A stretch of DNA of 57,856 nt, from contig CAZDVV010000002.1 of NCBI GenBank assembly GCA_964508875.1, forward strand, positions 1-57,856. Reading direction: 5' to 3'. This document shows, one piece after another, positions 55,900-57,856 of the stretch (position 1 is its first letter; every line of letters begins with the position of its first letter). This DNA comes from an uncultured Desulfobacteraceae bacterium. GTDB lineage: Bacteria > Desulfobacterota > DSM-4660 > Desulfatiglandales > Desulfatiglandaceae. A program made the position numbers and the translations under genes. The notes under the pieces are model-generated. The model had not been told where the DNA came from, searched no databases, and was given only the letters and a program-made list of their open reading frames with translations.

Positions 55900-56138
55900 A
55901 CCTTGTCGTTTGGCCTCACCCTCTGGCTTACCTTCAGGCCAACCAGATCACCTGCCTTTGCCTCGTCCACTGGCTGGTTATCGATCTCCATACTAGCAAC
56001 TTCTTCAGTGAAGTCTGTTGTGTGCCCCTTGTAATGGAGTAAGTCCCCTTTCTTGATTGTTCCATTTGTGATCTCAAGGGCCGCGACACTTGGTTTTGCA
56101 AAGAACTTGACTATGACCCCTACTTGTTCTTCAGGCAT
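55881..56138 (-). CDS. Small beta-barrel protein resembling translation-factor domain 2 (EF-Tu_D2-like)
   Basis: AGGAGGTG RBS before the ATG (MPEEQVGVIVKFF...). The pattern G.IKKGD.L...G......V.SME.....V.EA.AGD.VGLKV is typical of the EF-Tu domain 2 barrel. Confidence 0.5.
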   Translation of the reverse strand: MPEEQVGVIVKFFAKPSVAALEITNGTIKKGDLLHYKGHTTDFTEEVASMEIDNQPVDEAKAGDLVGLKVSQRVRPNDKVYKVVE

Positions 56139-56324
56139 GACCACACCTCCTAGCATACGGGGAATCTAAGGAAACAACAAGGGCAAAGAAACAAAAAAAA
56201 CACATAAAACTTGCTGATTTTAGGACTATATATTCCTGGTATGGGTGGTTGTCAAGGAATAGTGTTGAAGGATCTATGCCATATTGATTATTATACTAAA
56301 AAACACGGAGGATAGATCAAAGAC

Positions 56325-57080
56325 ATGGAAACATATAAAGAAGACTTTGCCCTTGCATTGGCCGAAACCGGTGCCCTTTTTTTTGATGATAATCTAATTC
56401 TTAAAGATGGTAGGCCGACGCCCTACTTTGTCAATATGGCCATGTTTAGGACGGGTAAGCTGGCCATGAAGCTTGGGTCCTTTTATGCGGGTATGATGGT
56501 TTCACAGGGCTTGGATACCCGCACCGATATAATCTTAGGGCCTTCCTACAAGGGCAGTTCAATAGCCCTGGCCACGGCCATTACCCTGTGGGAGGAGCAT
56601 GGCAAGGATGTTTTTTTCGATTACGACCGAAAGGAGGCAAAGACCCACGGGGAGGCATCTTCAAGGAAAAGCCTGCTGGTGAATCGAACCCTTTTTGATG
56701 GATGCAGAATCTTTATCGTGGATGATGTGGCTACATCGATGGCCACTAAGGTGGAGTTGCTTGACAAGATTAGGGGTGAGGCCACGAGCCTGGGAATCAA
56801 CTACGAGATAGTGGGTATTGGAATAGGGGTAGACCGAGAGCAGACTACCGCAGTGTATGACCAAAACGGCAAGATCAAGCTTGGAGTCAAGGGAGAAAAT
56901 GCTATCAAGGACTTTGAGGCGAAGACGGGTGTGAGGGTATTCCCCGTGATCCGAATAAGCGAAGTCGTCGCCTTTTTGTACCGGGAGGGAATCCCGGTCA
57001 TGATAAAAGGGGAGAAAATCCCAATGACCGATGACATAAAGAAGCGGTTTGAAGATTATCTTGATACTTATGGGGTCTGA
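56325..57080 (+). CDS. Orotate phosphoribosyltransferase-like type I PRTase (long form)
   Basis: PRPP-binding motif IFIVDDVATSMATK, with N-terminal and RKEAKTHGE blocks that parallel PyrE. Confidence 0.6.
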   Translation: METYKEDFALALAETGALFFDDNLILKDGRPTPYFVNMAMFRTGKLAMKLGSFYAGMMVSQGLDTRTDIILGPSYKGSSIALATAITLWEEHGKDVFFDYDRKEAKTHGEASSRKSLLVNRTLFDGCRIFIVDDVATSMATKVELLDKIRGEATSLGINYEIVGIGIGVDREQTTAVYDQNGKIKLGVKGENAIKDFEAKTGVRVFPVIRISEVVAFLYREGIPVMIKGEKIPMTDDIKKRFEDYLDTYGV

Positions 57081-57181
57081 TAATCATTTTTCTCCGTATG
57101 CATCCTAGGGAGTGAAATAGGGTGCTGGCAGGCGCGGGCATGAACAGTACCGCTTCAAAAGAATGAGGACTTTAGATAATT

Positions 57182-57787
57182 ATGAATTATGAAAAAGAGA
57201 TCACAGAGGCAATAAAGGAGAGGCTGGCCAGCAGGAGACCCGCTGTAATATCTGATCCGGACGGAGCATACAGGCACGCAAGCGTTTTGATTCCCCTGAC
57301 CCTGGAAGGAGGACGATGCCACGTTATTCTCACCAAGCGCACTGATACCGTGGAACACCACAAGGGGCAGATCTCCTTTCCTGGAGGCAGAGTAGATGAT
57401 GGAGATGAGTCTTTGGAGTTTACGGCACTGCGGGAAGCTGAGGAGGAAATCGGTCTTGCTAGACAAAATGTGATACTGCTTGGAAGAATAGACGATGCCC
57501 TTACAATTGTATCTAATTTTATTATACACCCATTTGTGGGGATGGTGCCTGGGGGATACCGCTTCAGGCTTAGCGAGGCAGAGGTGGAGCGTGTGCTTAA
57601 GGTTCCCTTAGATTTGTTTTTTACCCATATGCAAGACAGTTACAGCTTTGAATTCGAAGGCATGAGATATAACACTCCTGCGCTTGTATATGGCAGCGAT
57701 GTCATATGGGGCGCAACCGCTCGTATTATGAAGAACTTTGTTGCCATATTTGAGGGAAAATTGCCCTTGAGGCAGGAGGGGAAATAG
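57182..57787 (+). CDS. Nudix hydrolase, CoA pyrophosphatase type
   Basis: Nudix box GGRVDDGDESLEFTALREAEEEIGL, preceded by the CoA-type motif LTKRT....HKGQISFPGG. Confidence 0.8.
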   Translation: MNYEKEITEAIKERLASRRPAVISDPDGAYRHASVLIPLTLEGGRCHVILTKRTDTVEHHKGQISFPGGRVDDGDESLEFTALREAEEEIGLARQNVILLGRIDDALTIVSNFIIHPFVGMVPGGYRFRLSEAEVERVLKVPLDLFFTHMQDSYSFEFEGMRYNTPALVYGSDVIWGATARIMKNFVAIFEGKLPLRQEGK

Positions 57788-57803
57788 ATTATTATTAAAA
57801 AGT

Positions 57804-57856
57804 CGGGACGTGGCTCAGGCTGGTAGAGCACCGCGTTCGGGACGCGGGGGTCGCTG
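57804..57856 (+). tRNA. tRNA-Pro (anticodon CGG), 5' part, truncated by the window end
   Basis: CGGGACG-TG-GCTC-AGGCTGGTA-GAGC-A-CCGCG-TTCGGGA-CGCGG-GGGTC-GCTG shows the acceptor, D and anticodon arms. The anticodon loop is TTCGGGA. Confidence 0.8.

Overview
This window looks like a gene-dense stretch of core chromosome from an anaerobe. The gene content suggests a Desulfobacterota-type (deltaproteobacterial) organism: rubrerythrin, DsbD, PpsA, several radical SAM enzymes, a sigma-54 activator and promoters, a TRAP transporter and a molybdo-hydroxylase. That assignment is inference only. I found no transposases, integrases, prophage genes, CRISPR arrays or recognisable defence genes.

Housekeeping genes I recognise: a purH IMP-cyclohydrolase domain, ftsH, fabH, ppsA, a NifS-type cysteine desulfurase, rubrerythrin, tRNA-Lys(CTT), tRNA-Arg(TCG), rplM-rpsI, truA, a RecD2-type helicase, der, pyrG, a PyrE-like phosphoribosyltransferase, a CoA-pyrophosphatase-type Nudix hydrolase and a partial tRNA-Pro(CGG).

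The regions most worth a second look:
1. An organic-acid module at about 0.8-10 kb: TRAP transporter, IclR regulator, three-subunit xanthine-dehydrogenase-family molybdoenzyme, PaaK-type CoA ligase and a coupled 67-aa ORF. Its medium subunit lacks the Fe-S loop of canonical 4-hydroxybenzoyl-CoA reductase.
2. A glycosyl-glycerate compatible-solute-like cluster at about 20.9-25.8 kb: two glycosyltransferases, an MPGP-type phosphatase and a glycerate kinase. It sits next to a 650-bp intergenic region holding a 127-nt structured inverted repeat.
3. A near-consensus sigma-54 promoter driving two tandem MotB/OmpA-like genes with no MotA/ExbB/TolQ partner nearby.
4. An orphan ParA-like ATPase with an acidic tail and a small downstream partner.
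5. An AmmeMemoRadiSam-type radical SAM gene without AMMECR1 or Memo neighbours. It is flanked by a methyltransferase and by a 52-aa ORF missing from the supplied ORF track.
6. A KamA-family radical SAM gene in an operon with a beta-CASP metallo-beta-lactamase.

None of these can be called a new system from sequence alone, and all functional calls are by-eye motif and homology recognition. I ran no database search.
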